Source: Malacoraja senta | Lineage: Eukaryota | DNA: 64,000 nucleotides | Assembly (NCBI GenBank): GCA_038087875.1 | Contig: JAXLNO010005631.1 | Span: 124,001 to 188,000 of the forward strand | Reading direction: 5' to 3' | In this document: positions 39,010-51,138 of the stretch, in pieces | Layout: the number at the start of each line of letters is the position of its first letter | Numbering within the stretch: the stretch's first letter is position 1 | Position numbers and translations under genes: made by a program | The notes under the pieces: model-generated | What the model saw: only the letters and a program-made list of their open reading frames with translations | Database searches by the model: none | Told to the model about the DNA's origin: nothing

Positions 39010-41035
39010 ATAAAACCGGCCGACATGGTAGTCTTGCGCGTTGATCTCTACAAAGCTGAGGCCACGTGTCAACTCTCGGACACCTCCTCCTACTTACCTC
39101 TGGACCATGACCCTACAGATGAGCACCTGGCCACTATCCTTAGCACCATCACTGACTTCATCCACTCCGACTTCCTGCCCCCCCCCTACTGAGCTCCAAC
39201 CTCACCATTCCCCAGCCCCGCAGGTCCCGATTTTACCTTCTCCCCAAAATCCACAAACCTGACTGTGCTGGTTCACCCATTGTCTCTGCCTGTTCGTGCC
39301 CTACCGAACTTATTTCCACATACCTTGACTCCATCCTATCCCCCCTGGTTAAATCCCTTTCTACCTATGTTCAAGACACCTCAGCCACTCTCCGTCATCT
39401 CCGGGCATTCCATTCTCTAGGCCCCCATCACCTCCTCTTCACCACGGACGTCCAGTCACTCTACACCTCCATCCCCCACCAGGATGGTCTCAAAGCCCTC
39501 CGGTTCTTCCTCTACCGGAGAACCAACCAATACCCGGCCACTGATACTCTCCTCCGTCTAGCGGAGTTGATCCTTACCCTCAATAACCTCTCGTTTGAAT
39601 CCTCCCATTTCCTCCAAATACAAGGCCTAGCTATGGGCACGCGCATGGGCCTCAGATATGCCTGCCTCTTTGTAGGGTATGTCGAACAATACTTGCTCGA
39701 GGAGTACCAGGGCCCCATCCCCGACCTCTACCTCCGCTACATCGACGATTGCTTTGGTGCCACCTCCTGCACCCACACACAACTGACTGACTTCATCCGC
39801 TTCACCACTAACTTCCAACCGGCACTCAAATACACCTGGACCATTTCCGACACTTCCCTGCCGTTTCTTGACCTCACTATCTCCATCGCAGGTGATAGAT
39901 TTTTGACCGACATCCACTATAAACACACTGACTCCCATGGCTATCTAGACTACTCTTCTTCCCATCCTGCTTCCTGTAAGGACTCCATACCCTACTCCCA
40001 ATTCCCCCGTCTATGCCACATCTGCTACCAGGATGAGGTGTTCCACACCAGGGCATCGGAAATGTCCTCATTCTTCAGGGAACGGGTGTTCCCCTCCCCT
40101 ACTATAGATGAGGCTCTCACCAGTGTCTCTTCCATACCCCGTAACACTGCTTTCTCTCCCCATCCCCCCACTTGTATCAAGGGCAGAGTCCCCCTAGTCC
40201 TCATCTTTCACCCCACTAGCCGTCACATACAACAAATAGTCCTCCGTCATTTTCGCCAAATCCAAAGTGACCCCACCACTCGCCACATCTTCCCATCTCC
40301 CCCCTGTCTACTTTCCGCAAAGACAGCTCCCTCCGTAACTCCATGGTCAATTCTTCCCTTCCCTCCTGCACCACCACCTCCCCGGGCACTTTCCCTTGCA
40401 ACCGCAAGATGTGCTACACATGTCGCTTTACCTACCCCCTCGACTCCATTCAAGGATCCAAGCAGTCGTTCCAGGTGCGACAGAGGTTCACCTGCATCTC
40501 CTCCAACCTCATCTATTGCATTCGCTGCTCTAGATGTCAGCTGATCTACATTGGTGAGACCAAGCGTAGGCTTGGCGATCGTTTCGCAGAACACCTTCGC
40601 TCGGTCCGCATTAACCAACCTGATCTCCCGGTGGCTCAGCACTTCAACTCCCCCTCCCATTCCGAATCCGACCTCTTTGTCCTGGGCCTCCTCCATGGCC
40701 AGAGTGAGCACCACCGGAAATCGGAGGAACAGCACCTCATACTCCGCTTGGGCAGTCTGCATCCTAGCGGCATAAACATTGAATTCTCCAATTTCCGGTA
40801 GCCCTTGCTGTCTCCTCCCCTTCTCAGCTCTCCCTCAGCCCTCGGGCTCCTCCTCTTCCTTTTTCCTTTCTTCTCCCCGTCGTCCCGTCCCACCCACCCT
40901 ACATCAGTCTGAAGAAGGGTTTCGGCCCGAAACGTTGCCTATTTCCTTCGCTCCATAGATGCTGCTGCACCCGCTGAGTTTCTCCAGCACATTTGTCTAC
41001 CTTCGATTTTCCAGCATCTGCAGTACCTTCTTAAA
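39010..41035 (+). mobile_element. Penelope-like element (RT + GIY-YIG + terminal repeat)
   Basis: GLAMGTRMG, YLRYIDDCFG, FLDL; CISSNLIYCIRCSRCQLIYIGETKRRLGDRFAEH. Confidence 0.92.
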
Positions 41036-41039
41036 TACT

Positions 41040-42660
41040 TTGGATCTGTCTTCACTAGAGAAGACACAACCAATCTCCCAGATATACTAGTGGCCAGAGG
41101 ACCTAGGGTGACGGAGGAACTGAAGGAAATTCACATTCGGTAGGAAATGGTGTTGGATAGACTGATGGGCCTGAAGGCTGATAAATCCCCAGGGCTGATG
41201 GTCTTCATTCCATGGTACTTAAGGAAGTGGGTCTATAAAACGTGAACGCATTGATGATAATGTTCCAATGGTCTATATATTCAGGATCAGTTCCTGTGGA
41301 TTGGAGGGTAGCTAATGTTATCCCACTTTTTAAGAAAGGATAATGAGAGAAAACAGGGAATTATAGACCAGTTAGCATGACATCCGTGTTTAAGAATGAA
41401 CTGCAGATCGAAGGCAGACAAAAGTGCTGGAGAAATTCAGCGGGTGCAGCAGCATCTATGGAGCGAAGGAAATAGGCAACGTTTCGGGCCGAAACCCTTC
41501 TTCAGACTGATGTAGGCTGGGGGGGGGGGGAGGGGGGGAGAGAAAAGGAGAAAGGAAGAGGAGGAGCCAAAGGGCTGAGGGAGAGCTGAGAAGGGGAGGT
41601 GACTGCAAGGGCTACCGGAAATTGGAGAAGTCAATGTTTATGCCGCTAGGGTGCAAACACCCCAAGCAGAATATGAGGTGCCGCTCCTCCAATTTCCGGT
41701 GTTGCTCACTCTGGCCATGGAGGAGTCCCAGGACAGAAAGGTCGGATTCGGAATGGGAAGGGGAGTTGAAGTGCTGAGCCACAGGGAGATCAGGTTGGTT
41801 AATGCGGACCGAGCAGAGGTGTTCGGCGAATCGATCGCCAAGCCTATGCTTGGTCTCACCGATGTAGATCAGCTGACATCTAGAGCAGCGAATGCAATAG
41901 ATGAGGTTGGAGGAGATGCAGGTGAACCTCTGTCGCACCTGGAACGACTGCTTGGGTCCTTCAATGGAGTCGAGGGGGGAGGTAAAGCGACTAATTATTT
42001 AGATGAAGGAATTAAGAGTAAGGTTAGCAAATTTACACATGATACAAAGCTGGGTGGCAGTGTAAACAGTGAGGACAATGTTATGAGGTCAGTGTGACTT
42101 GGACAGGTTGGGTGAGTGGGCAGATGCATGGCAGATGCAGTTTAATGTGGATAAATGTGAGGTTATCTACTTTGGTGGCAAGAAAAGGAAGGCAGATTAT
42201 TATCTGAATGGTGTCAAGTTTGGAAAAGGGAAAGTATTACGAGATCTGGGGGTCCTTGTTAATAAGTCACTGCAAGTAAGCCTTCAGGTACAGCAGTCAG
42301 TGAAGAAAGCTAATGGCATGGTGGCCTTCATAACAAGAAGAATTGAGTATAGGAGCACAGATGTCCTTTGGTAGTTGTACGGGGCCCTAGTGAGACCACA
42401 CCTGGAGTATTGTGTGCAGTTTAGGTCTCCAACTTTGAGGAAAGACATTCTTGCTATTGTGGGAGTGCAGCGTATGTGTACGAGGTTAATTCCCGATTTC
42501 CCGGGATGGCGGGGCTGTCATATGTTGAAAGAATGGAGCGACTGGGCTTGTATACACGGGAATTTAGAAGGATGAAAGGGCATCTTTTTGTAACATGTGA
42601 TTATTAAAGGATTGGACACGCGCGAGGCAGGCAACATGTTGCCGATGTTGGGGGAGTCCA
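41040..42660 (+). mobile_element. CR1 fragments (41040-41388, 41990-42660) interrupted by a Penelope 3' piece
   Basis: CR1 RT motifs on both sides of the insert. Confidence 0.75.
41389..41990 (-). mobile_element. Penelope-like 3' fragment (GIY-YIG + tail)
   Basis: 108-aa ORF 41612-41938 with YIGETKHRLGDRFAEH. Confidence 0.9.
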
Positions 42661-42902
42661 GAATTGGGAAAGTTAAATTGTCAACATTGGGAAAGGTAAA
42701 ATCCCCTAATAAAACAGTCTTATTTGACCTGCAGCTGTCTGCAATCTCCTGGCATCGTTGTTATTTTAATTCACGTTGACTATGTAGAGGTCAGCTATAC
42801 CCCCCCGACGTGATCATCATTTTCTTGTTCTTCAGCTCCACCCATATAGCCTCACCAATGTCCGTCCGTAAGGTCACATCTGACCACTGCAGTGCCATCC
42901 TC

Positions 42903-43110
42903 TGTAGATTGATGATGCATGTGAACCAATCACACATAAGCCAGCATCACTAACTCCACCCCACTATAACACGTATACTAACGCTTGTTCCCGGCACTGC
43001 AGTCTGAGCAGCTAGGATGTACTGACAACCTATTGTCCTCAACGCTGCTAAGTTTCAGTGCTGATTAAAGATGTGTTTACATCATACACTGTCTTTGGTG
43101 CTTGTTTACA
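42903..43110 (+). repeat. 5' LTR (TGTA...TACA)
   Basis: About 7 substitutions and one 2-bp indel relative to the 3' LTR (hand count). Confidence 0.95.
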
Positions 43111-43128
43111 TGGTGTCAGAAGTGGAAT
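43111..43128 (+). promoter_or_regulatory. Primer-binding site, tRNA-Leu(CAA)-type
   Basis: tggtgtcagaagtggaat directly after the 5' LTR; 17/18 to the complement of the vertebrate tRNA-Leu(CAA) 3' end as recalled. Confidence 0.8.
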
Positions 43129-46100
43129 TATCCACGCCTTCTGTATAACGGTTTTTATTTTATCTTTTGTGAGTTTTTGTTTTACTTTACGATGGCTTCT
43201 TCTTGTCGAAAGCCTGACCCTCTTGTCTTTGATGCGGATATCAGTGAATGCTGGGCCACGTTTGAAATTGATTACCAGCACTACATGTACATTGCACACC
43301 GAAATGAACCTGATGCTCTCAAGGCATCTCTCCTGCTCAACGTTGCGGGCCCAGATGCCCTTCGTCCGTTATGCTCCGGCTATCCGCGATGCCAACGACC
43401 AGGTAATAACCCCAGCGGAATCTCCTGATGACCCTAATGTTCAGCTGCGTAAACTAAGCCAGATCTGTGACCTGCCCTCAAATCACATTTTGGATAGGGC
43501 AAGGTTTTTCTCTCGTCGTCAGCTCCCTGGGGAATGAGTTGACTCGTTTATCTCAGACTTGATGTATTTAGCCCAGCGCCGCCGATGCCAGAATATGCCG
43601 GTTGATCAGTTAACGAGGGACATTTTAGTGAACGGCATTAGCGATCTAAAGCACAGATCAGAGCACCTGAGAAGGCCAGATTTAACACTTGAGCATGCAG
43701 AACTGCCGAATTTGTCGACCCCATAGACAGTTTGCATGAAACCAAAACCATCAATCTGACGGGCCTCACTATGCAGCGAACCTACACAGATAACAGCCAT
43801 GACCCAAGCTAGTCAGGCAGCTCACAGCGGTTCTCCGAAGAGATGTCCCAACTGCAATTACTTACAGAACAAACAATCAGCCTGCCCCGCCGTCGGGAAA
43901 GCATGCAATTACTGCAAAATACTAAATCACCGTGCCTATGTCTGTCGGGCTGCAATTCGGGCCCGAGGAAAGAAGTCGCCCAGCTCCACGTCTAATCTCA
44001 ATTTTTTGCAACGCGACACACTCACTCCCCAATTCTAGCTCGAAACCGCCCCCGAATACAGCCCAATTAACTCGCAAGACGATCCGACTGTTTACTCGTT
44101 ACAGCATGCTGCTGCCAAGAATTCAGATCCAACCGTGAAGATATCTGTAAACAATATAGATTTTGGCGCGATATTAGACACGGGCACGAAGGTCAACACT
44201 ATGTCAATCAACCTCTGAAGATTAGAACTAACGAGCCACTCATCAAGGACAAATCCACTTTACATGCTTTTAGAGGGGAGGTGCTGGTTCCCTTGGGCAA
44301 AACCAATTTGAAATGTGTACTAAAGAAAACAACGAAGGAATTTACCTTCTATGTCTTGAACTTTCATTCAGTTACTCTGCTTGGCATTCGTGCCTGTCAG
44401 GAACTGGGGCTGATTTCCTTTGACAAAACCGTCCACAAGCTGCAAATCTCGTTGGACCCGCTGAGTGAATTCCCTGATCTTTTCGACAACAACCTAGGCA
44501 AGTTGCCTGTGACCTACAAGATTATTACTGACCCCGATGTGACACCCGTCATCCGATCCCCGCACCGATTGTCATTTGCCATGACTGACAGGGTTCACTC
44601 TATGCTGAAGGACATGGTCTCCAAAGGCGTAATTGAAGCAGTCAGCGACCCCACCGACTGGGTCTCAACCATGATTGCCACAGTCAAGAAGGGAAAAAAT
44701 GAAATCCGCCTGTGCATCAATCCTAAAGACCTCAACACTGCCATTAAGCGCCCACACCATCCCATGAAAGTCGAGGATGTTGCGGCAAAAGTCGGAATGT
44801 CCTACCTCTTTTCTGTCCTCGATGCAACGAACTCTTCCTGGCAGATACCGCTGGACAAGAAGTCATCAAACCTTACCACATTTGCCACCCCATTCGGCAG
44901 ATATAAGTTTCTGAGAATGCCATTCGGAATCAACTGCGCCAGTGAAGTCTTCCAAAGAACTATGGAGCAATTATTCGAGGACCTGCCTTGTGCCATTATT
45001 GTCGACGATATCCTCGGCCATGGTAAAGATGCAGCGGAACACGACCACAATCTCAGGCTCATCTTGGAGCGTGCCATCAAGTTCAACCTCAAGCTCAATC
45101 CTGACAAGTGCAAGTTCAGGGTTCCAGTGGTCTCCTACGGTGGCCACATCTTCACCCCTGATGGCCTCAAACCCGATCCGAAGAAATCTACTGCCATCAC
45201 AGAAATGCCTTCCCCCACAGACGTGAAAGGCCTGCAATGTTTCCTGGGCATGGTAAACTATCTCGGAAAGTTCATACCGAACCTCAGCGAACTGCTCCAC
45301 ACTGCGGCAGCTGACCAAAAAGGACACTGCATGGTCATAGTTCCAGCAACATCAGGTTGCCTTTGATGTTTTAAAATCCAAACTGACCAGTGCACCGACC
45401 CTGACTTTTTTCGACCTGAAGCGTCCGGTGACGATCACCTGCGATGCCTCGAAATTCAGGCTCGGCACAGCCTGCTTGCAACCATCTGACGATGGCACCC
45501 TACTACCTGTCGCGTATGCCTCTCGCACCATGACCGACACGGAGCAGCACTAGGCGCAAATCGTAAAGGAACTGCTGGCTGTCGTCTTTGCCTGCTCCAA
45601 ATTAAATGACTTCGTCTTTGGCAACACATTCACAGTCGAGACGGACCACCAACCACTGGTGACAATCCTGAGCAAGCCCATCCATGCCGCGTCAGCTCGC
45701 TTGCAGCGCATAATGATGCAGCTGCAATGGTACGACTTCTCTATTACCTACACAAAGGGTAAGGACATGCAATTCGCTGACACACTCTCTCGTGCACCTC
45801 GAGCATCTTGCGAACAACACCCCCATGAACAGGAGAATTTCACGGTCCTCGGTGTCGATCTCGTCTCCAGTAAGCAACTGCGCACCCTGGCCGCGCACAC
45901 TGCCACTGACATATGCTTCAAACATTCTCATCCATCATCAAAACAGGCTGGCCAGACAAACAATCCGACACGCCCACAGAGGTGCAGCCGTTCTTCTTGG
46001 TCCGTGATGAACTGGTGGTTCAGGATGGTGTTGTTGTTAAGGGTCACAAGGTAGTGGTACCTTCATCGCTACAAGACAAATACTTCAAAGAGGCACAAAG

Positions 46101-47305
46101 CGGTCACCCAGGTGCCGACTCCACACTGGCACGCGCCTGGGATCTGTTCTACTGACCCGGAATGGCCACGTACATCCGGGACCGCGTAGCCTCCTGCCCC
46201 ACTTGCAACAATCTTGCACCTCATCAGCAGCGGCAACCCCTTCTGCAACAACCTCCACCAGCACTGCCTTGGTCGTCGCTGGCTGCGGACATTTTCGAAT
46301 GGTGCGGTAAGCACTACCTCGTTCTGGTCGACTCCTTTTCTAACTGGTTTGAACTAGACCAACTGACCTCCCTCACACCTGAGATGGTCATCAAGAAGAT
46401 GAAAAGACACTTCTCAGCCTATGGCATTCCTATCATCCTGAGAACCGACAACGGTCGACAGTTCACCAGCCACTTGTTCAAGCTTTTCGCAGACAGATGG
46501 AACTTCCAGCACGTCACAAGCAGTCCCGAGTATCGACAGAGTAATGGACTCGCTGAACGCGCTGTCAGAAGCGCCAAGCATTTGCTGGAGGCAGCGCGCA
46601 TTTCAAAGTCAGACGTCTATCTCAATCTCCTGAATCTCAGAAACATCGCCAGAGACGGAACCTTGGGGTCACCATCACAGCGTCTGCTGTCCAGAGTGAC
46701 GAGGTCTCCGGTCCCATCGCACAACAGCAGTTGGTCCCTCGGGTGCTGAAGCCCGCCACTATCCAGAAACGTCTCCAGGAGAAGCATGACATCCAGAAAC
46801 GGTCATACGACAGTTCCAGCAGACCACTCAAGTCTCTATTGCCGGGCCAGGTCGTCCGTCTACGAACTTCAACTGGACATTCCCGTCTGGGCACTGTTGT
46901 ACGCCCGACTGACGAGCCGCGATCCTAGCTTGTGGACTGTGATGGAGCGATATACCGGAGAAGTCGATAACACCTGCTTGCTGTGAAGGAGCCCCGACCA
47001 CCGCCTACTGATCCCTATGCTCCGCCGCTCCAGTTCCCGCCGCATTTTGCAATGTCTCCCACCTGTCCCCCCACGTCTCTCGGTCTCCACTAACCACTGG
47101 GTTTCACCTACCGCATGTTTCCCCTTTCGGTCACCACAAGCCTCTCCCGTGCCATTCTCGCCTCCAGGCTCTCCGTCTCATCCTTCAGGTGAGGGAGGGG
47201 ATGGTTGGGTCTGCACGCGCTCGGGTCGTGTTAGTAGACCACCAGACAGATATGGCGAGTATGTTTAAGTTCATGGTATGGTTGCCCTTTCCACACTTAA
47301 TCTTT

Positions 47306-47522
47306 AGGGGGAAGGAAGTAGATTGATGATGCATGTGAACCAATCACACATAAGCCAGCATCACTAACTCCACCCCACTATAACATTTATACTAACGCTT
47401 GTTCCCGGCACTGCAGTCTGAGCAGCTACGATGTACTGACAACCTATTGTCCTCAACGCTGCTAAGTTTCAGTGCTGATTAAAGATGTGTTTAAATCATA
47501 CAGTCTCTGGTGCTTGCTTACA
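47306..47522 (+). repeat. Polypurine tract (47306-47316) and 3' LTR (47317-47522)
   Basis: agggggaagga followed by the second LTR copy. Confidence 0.93.
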
Positions 47523-48130
47523 CTTAACCAATAATGCAATCTCCCCCCACACCAACCATCCCCCCCTCTCTCATCTTTTATCCTCACGCCTGCCGATCCT
47601 AAAGCTCCTGAACCCCGGGAACTTTGAGCTGCCAGTCCTGCCCTTCCCTTAACCAGGTTTAAGTAATGGCTACAACGTCCCAGTTGCACGTACCGTGCCC
47701 TAATCTCATCTGATTTACCCACAGGCTCTTTACATTAAATTACATGCAGTTTAAAACAACCTTCCTTCCCCACTATCCGCCTTCCTGCGGCCTATTCTCT
47801 CCTCTAAATGTTCTCTCACTACGCATTCGAAATTCTAACCTCTCACCTCCCTCTGTCCTACATGCGATACCACATGAATACCAATCTATTTTAAACCCAC
47901 CCGTGTATATTAGCGAACCGGCCTGCAAAGATATTGGTACCCTTCCAGTTAAAGTAAAACGTTCCCTTTTGTGCAGCTCACGCCTGCCCCAGAAAGGATC
48001 TCAATGGTCCAGAAATCTGAATTCCTGCCCCTTGCACCAACTATGCAGCCCCACATTCATCTCCCCTAACTTTCGGTTTTCACCCTCTGTTCTCTGTCAT
48101 CACTCTGACTCATATGTCTTAATGGGGACT
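47523..48130 (-). mobile_element. CR1 endonuclease/upstream fragment, continuing 42700-42902 across the LTR element
   Basis: The left flank encodes EAIWVELKNKK on the minus strand; the right flank continues CR1-like sequence. Confidence 0.6.
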
Positions 48131-48499
48131 GGTTTTTTTGCAGGTACGGATGCGAAGTTCGTAGTTAAATGAACTGTCTCTCCCAAGCGTAATTACACGC
48201 ATTTAACTTTTCATCCCATGTAATTTTCTTCGACCTAAACAAGTCGACCATCCACGCCATTTACTAAATTAATCAGATATCTATAATCTCTCGTCATTTA
48301 CATAATTTTCTCATTTTACACTTCCGCCAGTAAACTATTTCTTTTTATTCCACTTTGCGTACTAAACAAAGCCTAATACGGGCGAATGGGAATACGGCAT
48401 GAAGGCCAAAGTGTAGATGCGTCTGACGGGTCTGTTTCTGTACTGCACTTCTGTATGGCGACATGATTCCACCAGATATTTGTCCCACGCTCGTAAACC

Positions 48500-49250
48500 T
48501 GGTTAATTCCCTCTGTGCCTTCAGTCCTCTACACAATTACTCCCTCTTTCTTTCGTTCGTCGATCCCGCAAGTTACTGTCCCGACTTCCCTCTCCCTACT
48601 TCATCCAGACCAACTCCCCCTCTTCATTTCGAATCTGAATAGATCAATCCCGTTATTAGGCAGCCATGAGACCCGTATTGCCTTTTCGTCTCCTGTTCCA
48701 TTGTTGCCCTATTACTAATCGATTCCACCGCCCCATTCTATTGTTCCATCGATTCTTCTTGTTTCCTCCCACCCATCGACTTTACAATCTGATATTCTCA
48801 CTCGCCCTTCTCCTTAGTTACATTTTTTTACCCTCTCTGTACAATTCTCGTGGATCATTCTCTTTGAAACTCTGTGATTCACGCATCCCCGTCCACCCAA
48901 ATCATTAACTTTCCACGTCATTTCCCAACAATAACAGGAGTTGTAACACATGTCCCTATATATCCCCCCTCACGTCCATCCAGGAACGCCAATAGTCAGT
49001 CCATGTGAGACAAAGGTTCATATGCATCTATTCTACCCTCATCTACTGCATCTCGGGTTACCTATGTGTCAACCGTTACATTGACGAGATCAAGTGCAGA
49101 CTCGTCTACATTTTCAACGTACGCTTGTGCTCGGTCCACCAAGGCTTGCCAGTTCTCCCGGTCGCTGAACACTTTAACTGCCTTTCCCATTTCTATTCTT
49201 TCTGTCCGCCGCGGAAGGCCACCCTAAATGTGAAGAACAGCACCTCATTA
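48500..49250 (+). mobile_element. Highly degraded Penelope-like fragment
   Basis: RQRFICIYSTLIYCI...YIDEIKCRL...VAEHFN. Confidence 0.7.
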
Positions 49251-49264
49251 CCACCGGGTGGCGC

Positions 49265-50210
49265 TGTACATGGCAGTCCCGCCAACAGCCTGTCTCGTCT
49301 TGTTCTTCTTTTGCTGTTTTGGTCTGTGTTTACTTGTATGGTTTTAGTGTACTTTTATTTTTTTGTATTATGTGGAGGTGGGGGTGGGTGCGGGGGTGGG
49401 AGAAACCTTTTTTTTATCTCATTAGTTGACGGAGATGCGACCTTTTCATCGTATCTCCGTCTGCACTGCGGCATTAACATCGTGGAGCTGGTGGTCCCTT
49501 TGTTTGGGATCGACTGCGGGAGCTCCATCCGCAGGAGCTTCGACCGCCCCGATCGCAGGAGCTTCGACCGCCCCGATCGCCGGAGCTTCGATCGCCGACT
49601 GCTGGAGGTTCGATCACCCCGACTGCGGAAGTTTCGATTGCCCCGACGGTGGGAGAAAAGGAGGCAAGAAGATATAGGCTATTTGCCTTCCATCACAGTG
49701 GGGAATGTGAGGTAGCCTAAAAAACAAAATGGACGTGCTGCCTGCACTGGTGAGGACTCGGAGGGTTTGCCGTGAGCGCAACGATCTCGGTGTTTTGCGG
49801 GGACATCGCTCCATGAAGACATCCCGCAGTCCAGTGCGAGGGTGGACGGCTTTCCGACTGTTCGGGCGGACAGGGACTGCAGAGAGAGTGATAGCGGTGG
49901 GTGCAACTCTGGTCTCATCACGATGAAGGAGCGTTTGTGTGACTCGGACATTGAACTGTGGGTCGCCGCTTATGCTGTGCGCCCTGGAGATTCCCACACG
50001 CCGGTGTGGTGGCTGTTTAAGTTTATGTTTAATTTTTATGTGATTATGTATTTTGTTGCTTTATTGTATGGCTGTTGGCAAATCAAATTCCTTATATGTT
50101 TACATACTTGGCTAATAAATATATTAATCACATTTTATTACAATTACAATTACAGTTACAATTACAGTTACAATTACAGTTACAATTACAGTTACAATTA
50201 CAATTATTAT
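49265..50210 (+). mobile_element. Internally deleted Rex1/Babar-like element: 5' module, 24-bp tandem repeats, endonuclease start, 3' tail and (TTACAA/TTACAG)n
   Basis: cgcaggagcttcgaccgccccgat exact x2 plus degenerate copies at 49530-49648; ITVGNVR and DGFPTVRADRDCRES motifs; microsatellite tail 50137-50210. Confidence 0.65.
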
Positions 50211-51138
50211 CCGCTTCTGTAGCTCACAACGATCGAGTTGTCCAACTTAGGTAATGAACCTACAAACACCCCTCTCCCCCTTTAACCCTGCCGCTCTACC
50301 CCACCAGGATGGGCATTTATTTTTCTCCACCATTTCCGTGTCCTCTGCCACCAATATTCCTTCCTCTAATTTCAGATTTCGTACCTATTCTGATCTCACA
50401 CTTTATGTCTTTTGGTCCTTTTCCGACCATCTGCCAAACAAACACCCCACCCTTCACCTGCATCACACCATCACGTCCCAGGGTTTTTCTTGCCACCACG
50501 CCCCTCTCCTCTTTATCCCACCTGTTATAAACAGTCTGAAGAAGTGTCGCGACCTGAAACGTCACTAATCCATGCTTTTCAGAAATGTGCCTGAGCGGCT
50601 GATCACTCAACCACTTTATGACGAATAATTATAGAATACGTGTCCTTTCCAACTAAGGTGATGGAATTGTTTCGTGATGGAACATAGCAAGCGCTTGCAT
50701 CAGGATTTTGAAAAACTGGAATTGTAGTATAATATCGAACCTATGACAGTCACGTAAAGTTGTATTATTTTAACATGAATAACAAAGTCCCACACAGTTT
50801 CTCGAGCTGCGGGATCAGTAATATTTAATTCGCTAAAGCTGTTGGCAGTATTCGCACAGACGCCACATAATTTTGAGATGCAATAACAGATATTTGAATG
50901 GGCGTCAATTTGACAGATCATATTTAGTGCTCAGAGTTAGTGCTTGGGACAGCGAAGAAGAGAAACATAAACGTACTCGCATTTCTAGATACGCCACGCC
51001 TATAGAGATATTTGGGAATACATGTGGATAATTGATTGAAATGGCGGAGCAGGTTTGGAATTTGGAATTTCTGAAAAGTAATACAGCCTAAAAGAACGAG
51101 GAAGTTATCCTGACCCTAAATAGGTCTCGATCATAGTT

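Larger units (their letters stand above)
42903..47522 (+). mobile_element. Full-length Ty3/Gypsy (Mag-like) LTR retrotransposon with gag-pol disrupted by stops and frameshifts
   Basis: LTRs 42903-43110 and 47317-47522; gag MASSCRKPD with zinc knuckles; protease LDTG; RT PFG/IVDD; RNase H CDAS/TDHQPL; integrase HPG..CPTC, DSFSNW, TDNGRQF, NGLAERAV. Confidence 0.95.

Noticed and set aside
49530-49648. 24-bp tandem repeats as a CRISPR-like array
   Set aside because: The units are contiguous with no unique spacers, the context is eukaryotic, and they lie in a LINE 5' region.
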